The notes under the pieces are model-generated. The model saw nothing but the letters and a program-made list of their open reading frames with translations. It did not search any database and had not been told where the DNA came from. DNA of 63,975 nt, counting the filler, from Octopus bimaculoides (lineage: Eukaryota), in assembly GCF_001194135.2 (NCBI RefSeq). It is 6 parts of 5 records of this genome, joined end to end, with 100 filler letters (N's around TTAATTAATTAA, not from the genome) between each part and the next. Parts side by side here need not be neighbours in the genome. Positions count along the whole stretch, not along the records: positions 1 to 12,377 come from NC_068981.1; positions 12,478 to 40,159 come from NC_068981.1; 4 more parts are not named here. One strand, given 5' to 3'. A program made the position numbers and the translations under genes. This document shows positions 1 to 12,479 of the stretch, one piece after another. The first letter of the stretch is position 1. Each line of letters opens with the position of its first letter.

Positions 1-30
1 ATTATTATTATTATTATTATTATTATTATT

Positions 31-103
31 GTTCAGATCACTGCTTGGAATCGAACTCGGAATCTTGAGGTTAGTAGCCCGCACTCTTAATCACTACGCT
101 GTG
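31..103 (-). mobile_element. tRNA-like SINE head followed by an (AAT)n run (1-30, continues past the window edge)
   Basis: Minus strand GCGTAGTGATTAAG (A-box-like), GGG-CTACTAA-CCT (anticodon-like arm), GAGTTCGATTCC (B-box). T-stem poorly paired, so not a functional tRNA. Confidence 0.75.
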
Positions 104-130
104 GGCAATTATGGAGTGAATTTTTAGGGC

Positions 131-560
131 TTATAAATCTAATATTTTTCTATCTTTCCTTAATACCGGTTCCCACATGCTGCTCATATCTGCACTCGGT
201 CTGCTTAGGAGGTTGTTGTATTCTAGCATATGTGCTGCTTCTTTTAGTTTTCGTATTTTCCAGTGGTGTTCTCTGTCTATTATTTTAACTTCATCCCACA
301 GGGAGAGGTGGTTTTGTTGTGTACTTTCTTGCGGATTTATGTCGTTACTCTCAGTAACTAATGTTTATTCAGATCTCTCGTGAGAAATATAATCCATAAC
401 TGAGAAAATTGTTAGAATGTGTTATATTCTACTTCTATAAATATTATATCTAATGAGGAACAAATACGTGTCCACAGCTGTCCTTTTGTCACCAGACAAT
501 TAAGCTATACTTTCCTTAATGGCATGTGAGATTTGGAAAAACGTGATTCGTAAGATTACC
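131..560 (-). pseudogene. Penelope-like element GIY-YIG endonuclease C-terminal remnant
   Basis: Open frame ~358->131 reads NHLSLWDEVKIIDREHHWKIRKLKEAAHMLEYNNLLSRPSADMSSMWEPVLRKDRKILDL*, matching the PLE pattern H..WD.V.I...E..W..RK.KEA. The upstream part (to ~560) is degraded and only weakly assignable. Confidence 0.7.
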
Positions 561-771
561 TCCCCTTCTCATTTAGTGCCGTTGTAATTGTCAATAGGCA
601 TTTGTTTATCCAATAATACTCTCGAACGAAAAATAGATTCAATAAATCAAGTTATTCTTCTTTGATATTTGACACACCTATAATTGTCGTCATAGTATAC
701 ATCGCATGTGAGTAGATACATACTATGTATATATAGGTACATACAACATGTGTGTGTTTATATATATATAT

Positions 772-895
772 ATGAAGAGGCCTAGCGAATCGTGCATGTA
801 CCCCTATTTCAAAATTTCATCCGCTAATTACTCCGGCAGGAAAGATTCGGATAGAATGGGGCTAGGCCGAAACAGCTGTAAGAAACAGCTGTAAG
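772..895 (+). ncRNA. Type I hammerhead ribozyme-like motif (Penelope-type), C3 eroded
   Basis: aTGAAGA (772-778); stem II GGCCTAGC (779-786)/GCTAGGCC (861-868); GAAA; palindromic stem III ACAGCTGT; GUA triplet; 13-bp tandem duplication 869-881/882-894. Confidence 0.65.
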
Positions 896-1315
896 ATTGA
901 GTTTATGCTTATTCTCAAATTCCTTATGTACCTTTATTTGTAAACCCCGTTGTCAATATAACATGGTTTGTCACAAACACTTGTACTTTGTGGTTTTTTG
1001 TCACTTTAGTTACAAATTAAGTTAATGAATTCAACTGGATACACTGTCTGCAAGTCGTTGGGTTCAGCATATTATCCTCCATTTTCTAATTGATATATAT
1101 ATATATATATATATATATNNNNNNNNNNNNNNNNNNNNNNNNNNNNNNNNNNNNNNNNNNNNNNNNNNNNNNNNNNNNNNNNNNNNNNNNNNNNNNNNNN
1201 NNNNNNNNNNNNNNNNNNNNNNNNNNNNNNNNNNNNNNNNNNNNNNNNNNNNNNNNNNNNNNNNNNNNNNNNNNNNNNNNNNNNNNNNNNNNNNNNNNNN
1301 NNNNNNNNNNNNNNN

Positions 1316-1365
<50 letters not shown>

Positions 1366-1366
<1 letters not shown>

Positions 1367-1530
1367 CGACGGGCTTCTTTCAGTTTCCGTCTACGAAATC
1401 CACTCACAAGGCTTTGGTCGGCCCGAGGCTATAGTAGAAGACACTTGCCCAAGGTGCCACGCAGTAGGACTGAACCCGGAACCATGTGGTTGGTAAGCAA
1501 GCTACTTACCACACAGCCACTCCTGCGCCT
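1366..1530 (-). mobile_element. tRNA-derived SINE family A (CORE-like), 5' half
   Basis: Minus strand AGGCGCAGGAGTGGCTGTGTGGTAAG...GGTTCAGTCC...CCTTGGGCAAGTGTCTT then (TA)/(TG) run; homologous to copies at 19753, 25313, 31371, 33069, 36458, 42530. Confidence 0.9.
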
Positions 1531-2305
1531 ATTAGTGCACAATAGTCAGCAAAGAAATTAGCGATCTAATCGAGAAAAACATAAATATTAACAAATCAAA
1601 TTAATAAATTAATGAAGTTAAAATCAATATTAAATTAATACATTGCATCTCTAACTTAAATTAACCATTCATAAGCTATTAATCATATATTCTCGAGGTA
1701 TGCGCCTAAATTAAAGTTTCGGTAAACTATATATAATATATACTACTGTTACCTGTATATAAAACTTTATATTTATGTTAACCATTTAATTTATACCTTA
1801 ATATTAATACGATATCTATTAAGAATTATTTAATCGTTTTAGTTACAGAAGTAAGCATATTAGTCATGAGACACTGCCTGATTCAAGATTCCAGTAACCT
1901 TACAATTATGCCTAATTTATTCTTTAAATTAGAGTTAAAGGTAGTTTCTGAAAACATACTTATAGGTGTGAACGCATGAACAACTAGTTTCCCTCCTCGC
2001 ATTCAGGAGTCGACGCGTCGATACAAGATATTAAAAAGTTCCTCCGTTCAGAGGAAACAAAAGGCGTTTCCAACTTTATAGGCACTAACCTTGCTTACAA
2101 TTTTCCCCCCGAAATTATTACTAGCTGTTTAACCAGACGGGAAGCCAAGTTAAAACCAAAAAGGAGAGTGAAGAAGGAGATAAAAAAAATTACTGTCATC
2201 ATTATGTAACTGAACATTTTAAGTGAGTTTTTGACATTATTTTCCGTCTGACTGGAAAAGGAACACATACGTTTCCTACACTATATTTGTAAGAAGCCCG
2301 TCGTA

Positions 2306-2368
<63 letters not shown>

Positions 2369-3137
2369 NNNNNNNNNNNNNNNNNNNNNNNNNNNNNNNN
2401 NNNNNNNNNNNNNNNNNNNNNNNNNNNNNNNNNNNNNNNNNNNNNNNNNNNNNNNNNNNNNNNNNNNNNNNNNNNNNNNNNNNNNNNNNNNNNNNNNNNN
2501 NNNNNNNNNNNNNNNNNNNNNNNNNNNNNNNNNNNNNNNNNNNNNNNNNNNNNNNNNNNNNNNNNNNNNNNNNNNNNNNNNNNNNNNNNNNNNNNNNNNN
2601 NNNNNNNNNNNNNNNNNNNNNNNNNNNNNNNNNNNNNNNNNNNNNNNNNNNNNNNNNNNNNNNNNNNNNNNNNNNNNNNNNNNNNNNNNNNNNNNNNNNN
2701 NNNNNNNNNNNNNNNNNNNNNNNNNNNNNNNNNNNNNNNNNNNNNNNNNNNNNNNNNNNNNNNNNNNNNNNNNNNNNNNNNNNNNNNNNNNNNNNNNNNN
2801 NNNNNNNNNNNNNNNNNNNNNNNNNNNNNNNNNNNNNNNNNNNNNNNNNNNNNNNNNNNNNNNNNNNNNNNNNNNNNNNNNNNNNNNNNNNNNNNNNNNN
2901 NNNNNNNNNNNNNNNNNNNNNNNNNNNNNNNNNNNNNNNNNNNNNNNNNNNNNNNNNNNNNNNNNNNNNNNNNNNNNNNNNNNNNNNNNNNNNNNNNNNN
3001 NNNNNNTATATATATGTCACCGGTCTGAGTCATAAACTGGTTACAAAAATTAATGACGGGACTACCTGTTGACAAAGTAGACACACTTATTGACTAACCA
3101 AACGGGTGAAAACGCAGCCATGTCTGTTGACGCCAAT

Positions 3138-3223
3138 GCTCTTTCATGGATTGCGGGCTGTTGCGCCTCTTGACACCAGTGCTCTTAGATATATTGCGGG
3201 CAGTTGCGCCTGTTGACTAGTCG
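3138..3223. repeat. Degenerate 43-bp tandem dimer
   Basis: attgcgggctgttgcgcctcttgac (3150-3174) vs attgcgggcagttgcgcctgttgac (3193-3217), 23/25 identical. Confidence 0.8.
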
Positions 3224-3329
3224 AAAAAGTGATGACGTAGACACGTTTTTTGCTGTCAATATGCATGGGTAAATGCAAGAGATATTGCTGCACAAGTTGA
3301 CTAGTGTGGAAGGTAATGATATCCCTCAT

Positions 3330-3879
3330 ATGCACCTACATCTCTCTTATACCATCATCTCCGTCGTTGTTATCGCTAACACAATAACCAGCTCTCTCCA
3401 ACTCACCACTATCATTAGTGTCAGTTTTGCCACCATTGTTCTCAACAACTCTGTAACCGTCATCACTATCAGCAGCATCACCACTATCATCACCATCATT
3501 ACCACCAACACTTCCATCACCATCACCACAAACCCACAACAACTTATTATCAACATCATCATCATTATCACCACCAATATCATCATCAGTACGATCTTCC
3601 TCCTTACCAGCATTACTTCTGCCACCACAACAAGTACCATCACCTTCAACACTACTAGCATCATCGTCATCACTATAGCCATTACCACCACCATTGTTGC
3701 CACCATCGCCATCAAGCCTATCAGCACCACGATAGTCATCATCAACAAGATCACAATTAGCATCATCATCATCATCATCATCATCGTCACCACAAGCACC
3801 AAATATCAACATCATCAACATCATCACCGACAACGAAAACGTCGGCACCGTCATCTCCACTGCCACCATTGCTGTCAGT

Positions 3880-3925
<46 letters not shown>

Positions 3926-4094
3926 CCACTTTTATCAACAGATGACCACCACTGCGAACATCAACACAGCAAGCATAACCATCACCATTATAAACCACCT
4001 GTACCGACGCNNNNNNNNNNNNNNNNNNNNNNNNNNNNNNNNNNNNNNNNNNNNNNNNNNNNNNNNNNNNNNNNNNNNNNNNNNNNNATCGTCG

Positions 4095-4129
<35 letters not shown>

Positions 4130-4145
4130 GTCATCATCATCATCG

Positions 4146-4189
<44 letters not shown>

Positions 4190-4330
4190 GTCATCATCAT
4201 CATCGTCATCATCATCACCATCATCATCATCATCACCACTTTTATCAACAGATGACCACCACTGCGAACATCAACACAGCAAGCATAACCATCACCATTA
4301 TAAACCACCTGTACCGACGCTACCGCCACC

Positions 4331-4364
<34 letters not shown>

Positions 4365-4498
4365 TCGTCATCATCGTCATCATCATCATCGTCATCATCA
4401 TCAGTACTTTCATCACTGTTATCATCACTAAGTCTACTAACCCTCCAATCATCTCCAACACGACTATTTCCATTCTTCTTCTGTTGCTACTGCTGCTG

Positions 4499-4559
<61 letters not shown>

Positions 4560-4940
4560 CACTATTACTACTATTACTACTATCACTACCATTATACCAC
4601 TGCGCCTACTACTGCTAATATTACTACACTGCTACTACTGCTACTACTACTACTACTACTACTACTGCTATACTACTATTACACTACAACTAATTATTCC
4701 ATTTCCATTTTTCTTACTATTACTACTACTACTACTACGACCACCACCACTACAACCACCACCAACTACCACCTCTACATCTACTTTCCATCTTCCACTT
4801 CTTTCTCTTTTCCTCTTTTGCTTCCACAACTACTACCACTACTGCTACCACTACTACTACTACTACTACTACAACTACTACAAATACTACTAATACTACT
4901 ACTACCACTACTACTACCATTACTGTTATCGTTATTTTTA

Positions 4941-5033
<93 letters not shown>

Positions 5034-5070
5034 CTATTGTTGTTGTTGTTGTTGTTATTGTTGTTTTTAT
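3330..5070. repeat. Compound trinucleotide microsatellite field (CAT/CAC/TAC/TTA/TAG/TTG)
   Basis: Directly visible; source of the spurious poly-amino-acid ORFs. Confidence 0.95.
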
Positions 5071-5379
5071 GGCTATCGCACCATTAAAGCTGACATTGCC
5101 ACAACCGCTACCGCCACGACTAGCCCTAACCCTTCCTGTTTGACCACTTCCATTCTAGTACAGCTCTGTCCATTCTATAAACAGAGAGTAATCCATTGAT
5201 TTTTCTTGTTTTTTTTTTTTGTTTTTTTTGCAGAAGAAAAGTAGTTTTGCTTTGTTTTGTGTTCTTTCTGTTCGTTATTTTCTTCTTTTGGACATATTAC
5301 TTTCTTCTATATGTTCATCTGCTCATGCGCACATACGATTGCACACACATTTGCGCATAGAAAGCTAGATATGCATACG

Positions 5380-5928
5380 TACAATTAAAACATACCTAAG
5401 TACATGCATGAATACACACGTTTACACACACACACACACTTTATATATAATATATATATATAACTACATATATATATTATATATATTATATGTGTATATA
5501 TGTTACATGGACGTATATAGTTATATGTATTATATATTATATGTATGTATATAGTTGTATGTATTTAAATGTAATTATATAAATATATATATATATACTC
5601 ATAGACATATAAAGCATATATACATATATACTACATAGACATACATATGTACATATATATCATATATACAATTATATATACATATATATGTGCATGCACG
5701 TATGTATATATGTATATGTATGAATGTATACACACATGTATGAGCGCGTGAACTCGACTGTGTGTGAGTGTGTGTATTGATACAACTGTATATCTTCAAA
5801 CGCACATACACACACACACACACACACATACACGCATATACACACACACATGCACTCACATTCATATGCGTACATCTCATGAATTTGGCAAACATTCTGT
5901 ATATATATATGTATGTATGTATGTATTT

Positions 5929-5969
<41 letters not shown>

Positions 5970-6070
5970 CACACATAAGAACATATATGGACAAACACGC
6001 CAATCCACCCTAAACACACAAATACATATATATTCACACATACACACACATACACATCTACACACGATTG
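5380..6070. repeat. Low-complexity (TA)/(CA)/(TAGA) microsatellite region
   Basis: Directly visible. Confidence 0.9.
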
Positions 6071-7249
6071 CACACATACAAACCCGTGCTCATACTTAAT
6101 TCCGAAGACACAGCCAGAATATCGGATTGATCGTATGTTGTTAGTATTTCTTCTCCATTTTGTGTTTGTTTTCCACCGGATTCTAAGCACTGCCGTATTG
6201 ATTGCTTTCTTTCTTTGTGGACAATGACCAATTCCAAGTAAGGATTTCTGCTATCAGACAACAGCCACAAGAACACATTGTCATCATATAATTCTACATT
6301 ACAGAAAACTGATATGGAAATTATCTTAGCTGAGTGTCTCAGTGAGAAATTATTTATCAAATAATAGCAAAAATACAAAAATAGCCATAAAACACATGTG
6401 ATATTTTCTTATAAGCTTATGTGTAAATCTCAGACAGCGCCTAATTGCCTAAGTTAGTTTTTGTTTATTTTTGTCTTCATTTCAAAGCCACGTCTTCTTT
6501 CACCATCACTACCATATCAGACTACCATACTTATTCTTCCATCAAAATAAAAAAAAAATCAATCCATATGTCTGTATGTGTATGTGCGTGTATTTGTGTC
6601 AGTGTGAATGTAAATGTCGGTATATGTGTGCACATCAATAAATATACGTGTGGTGCATTTTGATATATGCACAAATAAGTAGAGGTTTGTTTTAATGTCT
6701 ATGTCTATTGGTGTATTCATGAGCGTGTGCATGTGTACATCTATGTATGGAGATACATGTGCGTGAATGTGTATGTATGTGTATGTATATTGATGCATGT
6801 ATATTCCTTACATACATACGTTAATAGTAATGAACGCAAAAGTACTCAATACTGAGGCAGGTTGTAGATAATTCATAATGTCAGCTAAACTCCCTAAAAT
6901 AGTACGTTTCACCAAATATAAATATGTTCGAATCCAGAATAAACGCAAAATCAAAGATTGATGTTTTGAATACGCTTGTTTCTAGTAGTTATGTAAGATA
7001 ACCTTTTACATAATGCAACCTTCTTCAGTCGATATCTCAATATATGTCAGACACAGAGGTGTAAAAATACGATGGTATTTAAACTATATTACATGTATAA
7101 CGTGTGTGTATGTGCATGTGTATATACATTTTTTTTTACGAGTAAAACTAGTGCATATGTATGTGTATGAGTTTATCCATCCATCTATCTATTTATCTAT
7201 ACGCACATACATACATATAAATGTATATATACATGAATCGACGTATCTA

Positions 7250-7437
7250 TTGTGTTGGCAACTAAGTTCCCGCCATTTTTTAAAATTTAAATTTTTTTAA
7301 AGGTTTAATAAAAAATAACAACTAATTAATTAATAATGTATTCACCCTTGTTGTTTACAACTTCTTCCCAACGCTCATCAACATGTTCAATACTTCGTTG
7401 GTAGAAATCACCCGATTTCGACTCGAAAAATTCACAT
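7250..7437 (-). mobile_element. Mariner 3' end with TIR (mellifera-like)
   Basis: TA then TTGTGTTGGCAACTAAGTTCCCGCC, similar to the mellifera-type TIR TTGGGTTGGCAACTAAG. Minus strand encodes EFFESKSGDFYQRSIEHVDERWEEVVNNKGEYIIN*, a mariner C-terminus. Confidence 0.8.
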
Positions 7438-7690
7438 TTGGAACTTGAGAAAAGTCTTGCATATTTTTACTGTTCCACTCACAGATTGCACTTGTATTGT
7501 ACGAATTAGCCGGTCGATTTCTCTTTCTGAAAATCCCAGCTTATCCGGATTCTTCTTTAAGCATTTACTAAGAAAACCTAGTGCTCCAATTATTATTGGT
7601 ATAATTATGAATTCATAGTTTGGATACAGAAGCTGGAGGTTTTGAAGCAGTTGTCCATAGATATCCTCTTTTACTTTGATTTTCAAAGAG
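7432..7690 (-). mobile_element. R4/Dong-clade non-LTR retrotransposon C-terminal (RLE) fragment
   Basis: KEDIYGQLLQNLQLLYPNYEFIIIPIIIGALGFLSKCLKKNPDKLGFSEREIDRLIRTIQVQSVSGTVKICKTF; parallels the C-terminus encoded at ~25000-25230. Confidence 0.8.
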
Positions 7691-7739
7691 ATATTTATAT
7701 CTGCAGGGCAGCTGACCTCTATGATGGTACATACCTTTG

Positions 7740-7761
7740 TCCCTCTGTGTATGGCTGTATG

Positions 7762-7795
<34 letters not shown>

Positions 7796-8345
7796 TGTAT
7801 GTATGTACGTATGTATGTATGTATGTACGTACGTACGTATGTATGCGTGTATTTATCTATCTATCCATCTACCTATTTATATACATATGTGTGTGCATCC
7901 TAAAATGTATACATAGATATTATGTATATTTTTATTTATGCAGTATATATGTATGTATCTGTCTATATAAATATGTATGTGTGTGTGGTGTGTACGTATA
8001 TATGTATCTATCTATCTATATGTTTATCCATCTATCTGTCTATCTGTGTATTTATCGATCTATCTATCTACCTTTCTATCTAACTACCTATCTATCCATC
8101 TATCTATCCATCTCACTCTCTCTATCTATCTATTTATTTATTTATCTAGGTACGTACGTGGTTCTGTGTACATATTTATACAGTATGTATGTATCTATAT
8201 ACGTACGTGCGTACTATGTGTGTGTATACATATATTTTATGCATGTATTTATGTATATATTCATGTATATATTTATGCATTATATATGTATGTATGCATG
8301 TATGCATGCATGTATGTATGTATGTATGCATGTATGCATGCAGAT
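7740..8345. repeat. (TATG)/(TATC) microsatellite mosaic
   Basis: Directly visible. Confidence 0.9.
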
Positions 8346-8598
8346 ACCTCACTGCGCATTTGTGTAAACAATAAAATCTTTCAATGAAATATGTTGGCAA
8401 TACCTACAAAGGATTTGCTGAACTAAAACATTTGCAATATGGTACTATAATCTTACGTTAATTCTCTATCTAATGAGTTTAGACAGTGTTTCGGAGATTT
8501 AGTGGCCATTTGCCATGCCTGCAAAATGTAAAGTGCCAACTACCGAAATTTCTGCTTCTGCAAATTGGTTCGCATATGTGTATGTGTAAGTATGCCTC

Positions 8599-8635
<37 letters not shown>

Positions 8636-8976
8636 NNNNNNNNNNNNNNNNNNNNNNNNNNNNNNNNNNNNNNNNNNNNNNNNNNNNNNNNNNNNNNNNN
8701 NNNNNNNNNNNNNNNNNNNNNNNNNNNNNNNNNNNNNNNNNNNNNNNNNNNNNNNNNNNNNNNNNNNNNNNNNNNNNNNNNNNNNNNNNNNNNNNNNNNN
8801 NNNNNNNNNNNNNNNNNNNNNNNNNNNNNNNNNNNNNNNNNNNNNNGTATGCATGTATGTATATATATATATATATGTATGTATGTATATATATAGGGAG
8901 AATTCACAAAAGAAACAAAAGACGAAGACAGGTGGTGTACACAACAAACAGATGTATTAGTTTATGTATATATATA

Positions 8977-9054
<78 letters not shown>

Positions 9055-9619
9055 TGTGTGTGTGTGTGCACACACACGCACAAACACACACATAAATATA
9101 TACATGTACGTGTGCGTGTATGTATGCATGTATATATGCATGCATGTATGTATGTATATATGTGTGTGAGTGGGTGTGCCTCTTTCTCAGTGTGTGTGAG
9201 AGTGCGAATGCGCGTATGTGATAGGCAGAAATTATAGGATATTTGGTGCGAATTCTTCAGCGATAATTGAATTTCTTGCCTCTTACATTTGGAGTTGATT
9301 TTCCAACAGTAACCACTTTTCTGTCAATCCTCAAAGGTCAGCAGAACAGATACTAATTACATACCAGAGAACAGAATTGTATTTTGTATTGTTCCCTTAA
9401 TAATAATAATCATTTTACTTATTTTGCCTCAGAGCAGCCCTGTCGTTTCCTCACCAATAAAATGTACTCTCAAAATACGTTCTTGAAACATACAAATCTT
9501 TGAGCTTTTTATAAGTGGAGTACAATACAGTATCTGTGATGAATTCCATATGCATACTGTTTTATAACCATTCATTCATATTCTACTGAAGTATAGTATA
9601 GATCTTGTGTTAAACTGTA

Positions 9620-9834
9620 TAAACAGCGCTTAGCATATTTGTGTTCGAATTTGCCGGAACGTATTAAGAATAAATTTGCAAGTCACCGTTTCAGATTGCA
9701 CTGTATACAGGGCAAATAACGATTTATTATTGATTGATATCAACACTGATAAACAGCGATTGGCATATTTGTGTTAAAATTTGCCGGAACATATTAAGAA
9801 AAATTATGCAATTCATCGTTTCAGATCTTACTGT
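9620..9834. repeat. ~130-bp tandem duplication; second unit interrupted by a SINE and resuming at 10222
   Basis: taaacagcg..gcatatttgtgtt..aatttgccggaac.tattaagaa at 9620 and 9750; the tail caaataacgatttatta recurs after the SINE. Confidence 0.85.
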
Positions 9835-10221
9835 GGTTGGCACTCCGTCGGTTACGACAACGAGCGTTCCAGTTGATCCGATCAACGGAATAGCTTGCTC
9901 GTGAAATTAACGTGTAAGTGGCTGGGCAATCCACAGACACGTGTACTCCTCTTAACGTTGTTCTCGGGGAGATTCAGCGTGACACAGAGTGTAACAAGGC
10001 TGGCCCTTTGAAATACAGGTACAACTGAAACAGGAAGAAAGTGTGAGAGAAAGTTGTGGTGAAAGAATACAGCAGGGTTCACCCACCCCCCTGCCTGAAC
10101 CTCGTGGAGCTTTAGGTGTCTTCGCTCAGTAAACACTCACAACGCCCGGTGGGAATCGAAACCGCGATCCTACGACCGCGAGTCCGCTGCCCTAACCACT
10201 GGGCCATTGCGGCTCCACAGG
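9835..10221 (-). mobile_element. Full-length SINE family B (tRNA-derived head) with 9-bp TSD
   Basis: Head GCAATGGCCCAGTGGTTAGGGCAGCGGACTCGCGGTC...GGTTTCGATTCCC; TSD tcttactgt at 9826-9834 and 10222-10230; homologous to 44307-44681. Confidence 0.92.
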
Positions 10222-10269
10222 TCTTACTGTATACGGTACAAATAACGATTTATTAAAAATACAGTATTA

Positions 10270-10485
10270 AAGTGGTGAGCTGGCTGAATCGTTAGCACAC
10301 TAGATGAAAAGCTTCGCGGTACTCTATCTGTCACTATGTTCTGAGTTCAAATTCCATCGAGGTCGACTTTGCCTTTTATCCTTTCGGGGTCGATAAATTA
10401 AGTACTAGTGAAACCCTGGGGTCGACGTGAACGACTGTTCCCCTCCCTACAAAATTCAGGCTTTGTACCTATAGTAGAAAGGATT
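10270..10485 (+). mobile_element. SINE family C (tRNA head plus CCTTTCGGGGTCGATAAA..TAAGTAC domain); partial second copy at 10630-10760
   Basis: GGTGAGCTGGCTGAATCGTTAGCAC...GAGTTCAAATTCC...; many homologs in the window. Confidence 0.88.
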
Positions 10486-12479
10486 ATATATACAGTATTA
10501 CACATGTACTTTTACTGTAATATCTCATTCATTCACGTCAGGATGCATAGTGTGTCAACTAGAGGCTGTACGTTTTGCAATATTCCATCCAATAACTTTT
10601 CAACTGGCATACAAACTGTCTTGAAAATTCAGCAAACGTTGACTTTGTGTTTCATTCCTTCGGGGTAGATAAAATAAGTACCAGCTGAGCTCTGGGGGTC
10701 CATGCAATCGACTTACACTCTGCCCCGAAATTGCTGGCCATATGCCAAAATTTTAAACCAATATTCGGCAAACTCGATGCTATACTAAATCTTGTACTGT
10801 GCTGATATAAACAGCAAAAATGGTACAAAATCTCAATGAAGTGCAAAATTAAACTCTTTTCTGATTTTTTTCTCCCAAATCTTTTAAGAAAATCACTGCA
10901 AAATCGTATGACTTCTCCTAACATCACCTCCTGATATAAGTGACTTTAATACACCAAGTCATAACTTATCAATGAATTTTAAATAAGCTGTCAAACATAC
11001 TGACAGGACAAATCATCTTGTCCACACTGAAACAGAATTCTTTCAGCTATAAATTTCGGAAAAAAAGTGGATTTGGGTGTCAACAAGATCAATATTACTA
11101 GAAACAGTTTTTCCAATGTTGCTTCAATTGTCCTTTGATTTCTTTTCTGTAAACTGTCATATCTTTTTTAGCAAGTGACTACATTTTGACTTGTAAACGT
11201 TATAAACTATGGTAAGTATTTAACTATGTCACAAGTTGAAATAATGGATTTTATTGTTTACGAGTTATAAAATAAATTTATGTTGAATGTATTGTATAGA
11301 TAGTATATATAAGTGTAGCAATTCACATTATTATTGTACCCTTCAATTGTTGGTGGTATTTCTTGGACACTAGTGATATTACTGGTGATATCATACGAAG
11401 AGAGTTTGTCCGTTCCGATGGAGTTCTATAACTAATTTCAATTACTGGTATAGCTTTCTGGTATTCTGCCATACTCGAGGTCTCCAGTTTATTTTGCTGT
11501 TTTATGATTATGGTAGGATACTGTTGTATGACTAATTCAGGTCTTTAGTGTAAGGAGTTAGTGTATTAGAATTGTAGATATTAGACAAGTTCAGATATCT
11601 GATTATATGTTACTAGTAGTTCGACTGTGATAAGGTACCCCTTAAAACAAGTTTAGATTTGAAGTGTAGATCTCTCGTATGCGACTTAAGTACGATGTGA
11701 TTTCCTGAGTTACCATTTCACACAACTAATGAGTCTTATTACGCCCAGAACACGCTACTTAGACGCTGTTAGACTTACTAAACTAATCTTCGATCTACCC
11801 AGCTATCTATAGAAGTAATGCATTCACATGTATCTGCGTAGAAAATCCAAATATGTAACTTTTATGAGAATCGCACAATAGTTGTCATAGTTTTGCTGCT
11901 AATTTCACCTACTATCAGCAAATAATTTTTATGTCTGCTCAGTCCGAAATAATTGATTCAGCCATCTAAATATACCCAAACACAGCTTCATAGTGAATTA
12001 GTATTGTTTAACTCCTGGCCAGCCGATTATAAATAACAATAGTCATTTTGGGAGGACGTAGTTCTGAGGAAAGTATGGAGTCTTAGGGCGAGATACAGCA
12101 AGGATGACGACAGTTGTAGAGGAGAGAGTACTGAATATGCTTGGGGAAGAGATGTTACATAGTCACCAAGTTCAACAATATAGACGCTATTGTAACAACA
12201 GAAGAGACAGCGAACTAGTTCATGAAGTGTATTGCTGGATAAATATTTTCCTGCTATGCAAATAGCTATTTCGAGAGTACAATTCAACTGCGTCCTAATA
12301 CGTTTCCTGCTTTTAAAGCGTAAACCCAGTCTTTGGGATGAATTTCCTTCTCATATATATGAATATATATATATATANNNNNNNNNNNNNNNNNNNNNNN
12401 NNNNNNNNNNNNNNNNNNNNNTTAATTAATTAANNNNNNNNNNNNNNNNNNNNNNNNNNNNNNNNNNNNNNNNNNNNTA

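Noticed and set aside
31-103. Functional tRNA gene
   Set aside because: Acceptor and T stems do not pair properly; treated as a SINE-type head.
3924-4320. Exact 87-bp duplicate either side of a gap (similar cases at 44867/44981, 52200/52611, 63640/63678)
   Set aside because: Gap-flanking exact overlaps are typical of unmerged contig ends.
3273-5087. 604-aa ORF and other long poly-I/H/S/Y/CV ORFs
   Set aside because: Translations of microsatellites and N runs; no coding evidence.
12422-12433. TTAATTAATTAA islands inside N runs (also 40204, 51738, 58588, 62901)
   Set aside because: Identical 12-mer centred in 100-nt gaps, with stops in all six frames: an artificial scaffold-join linker, not biology.
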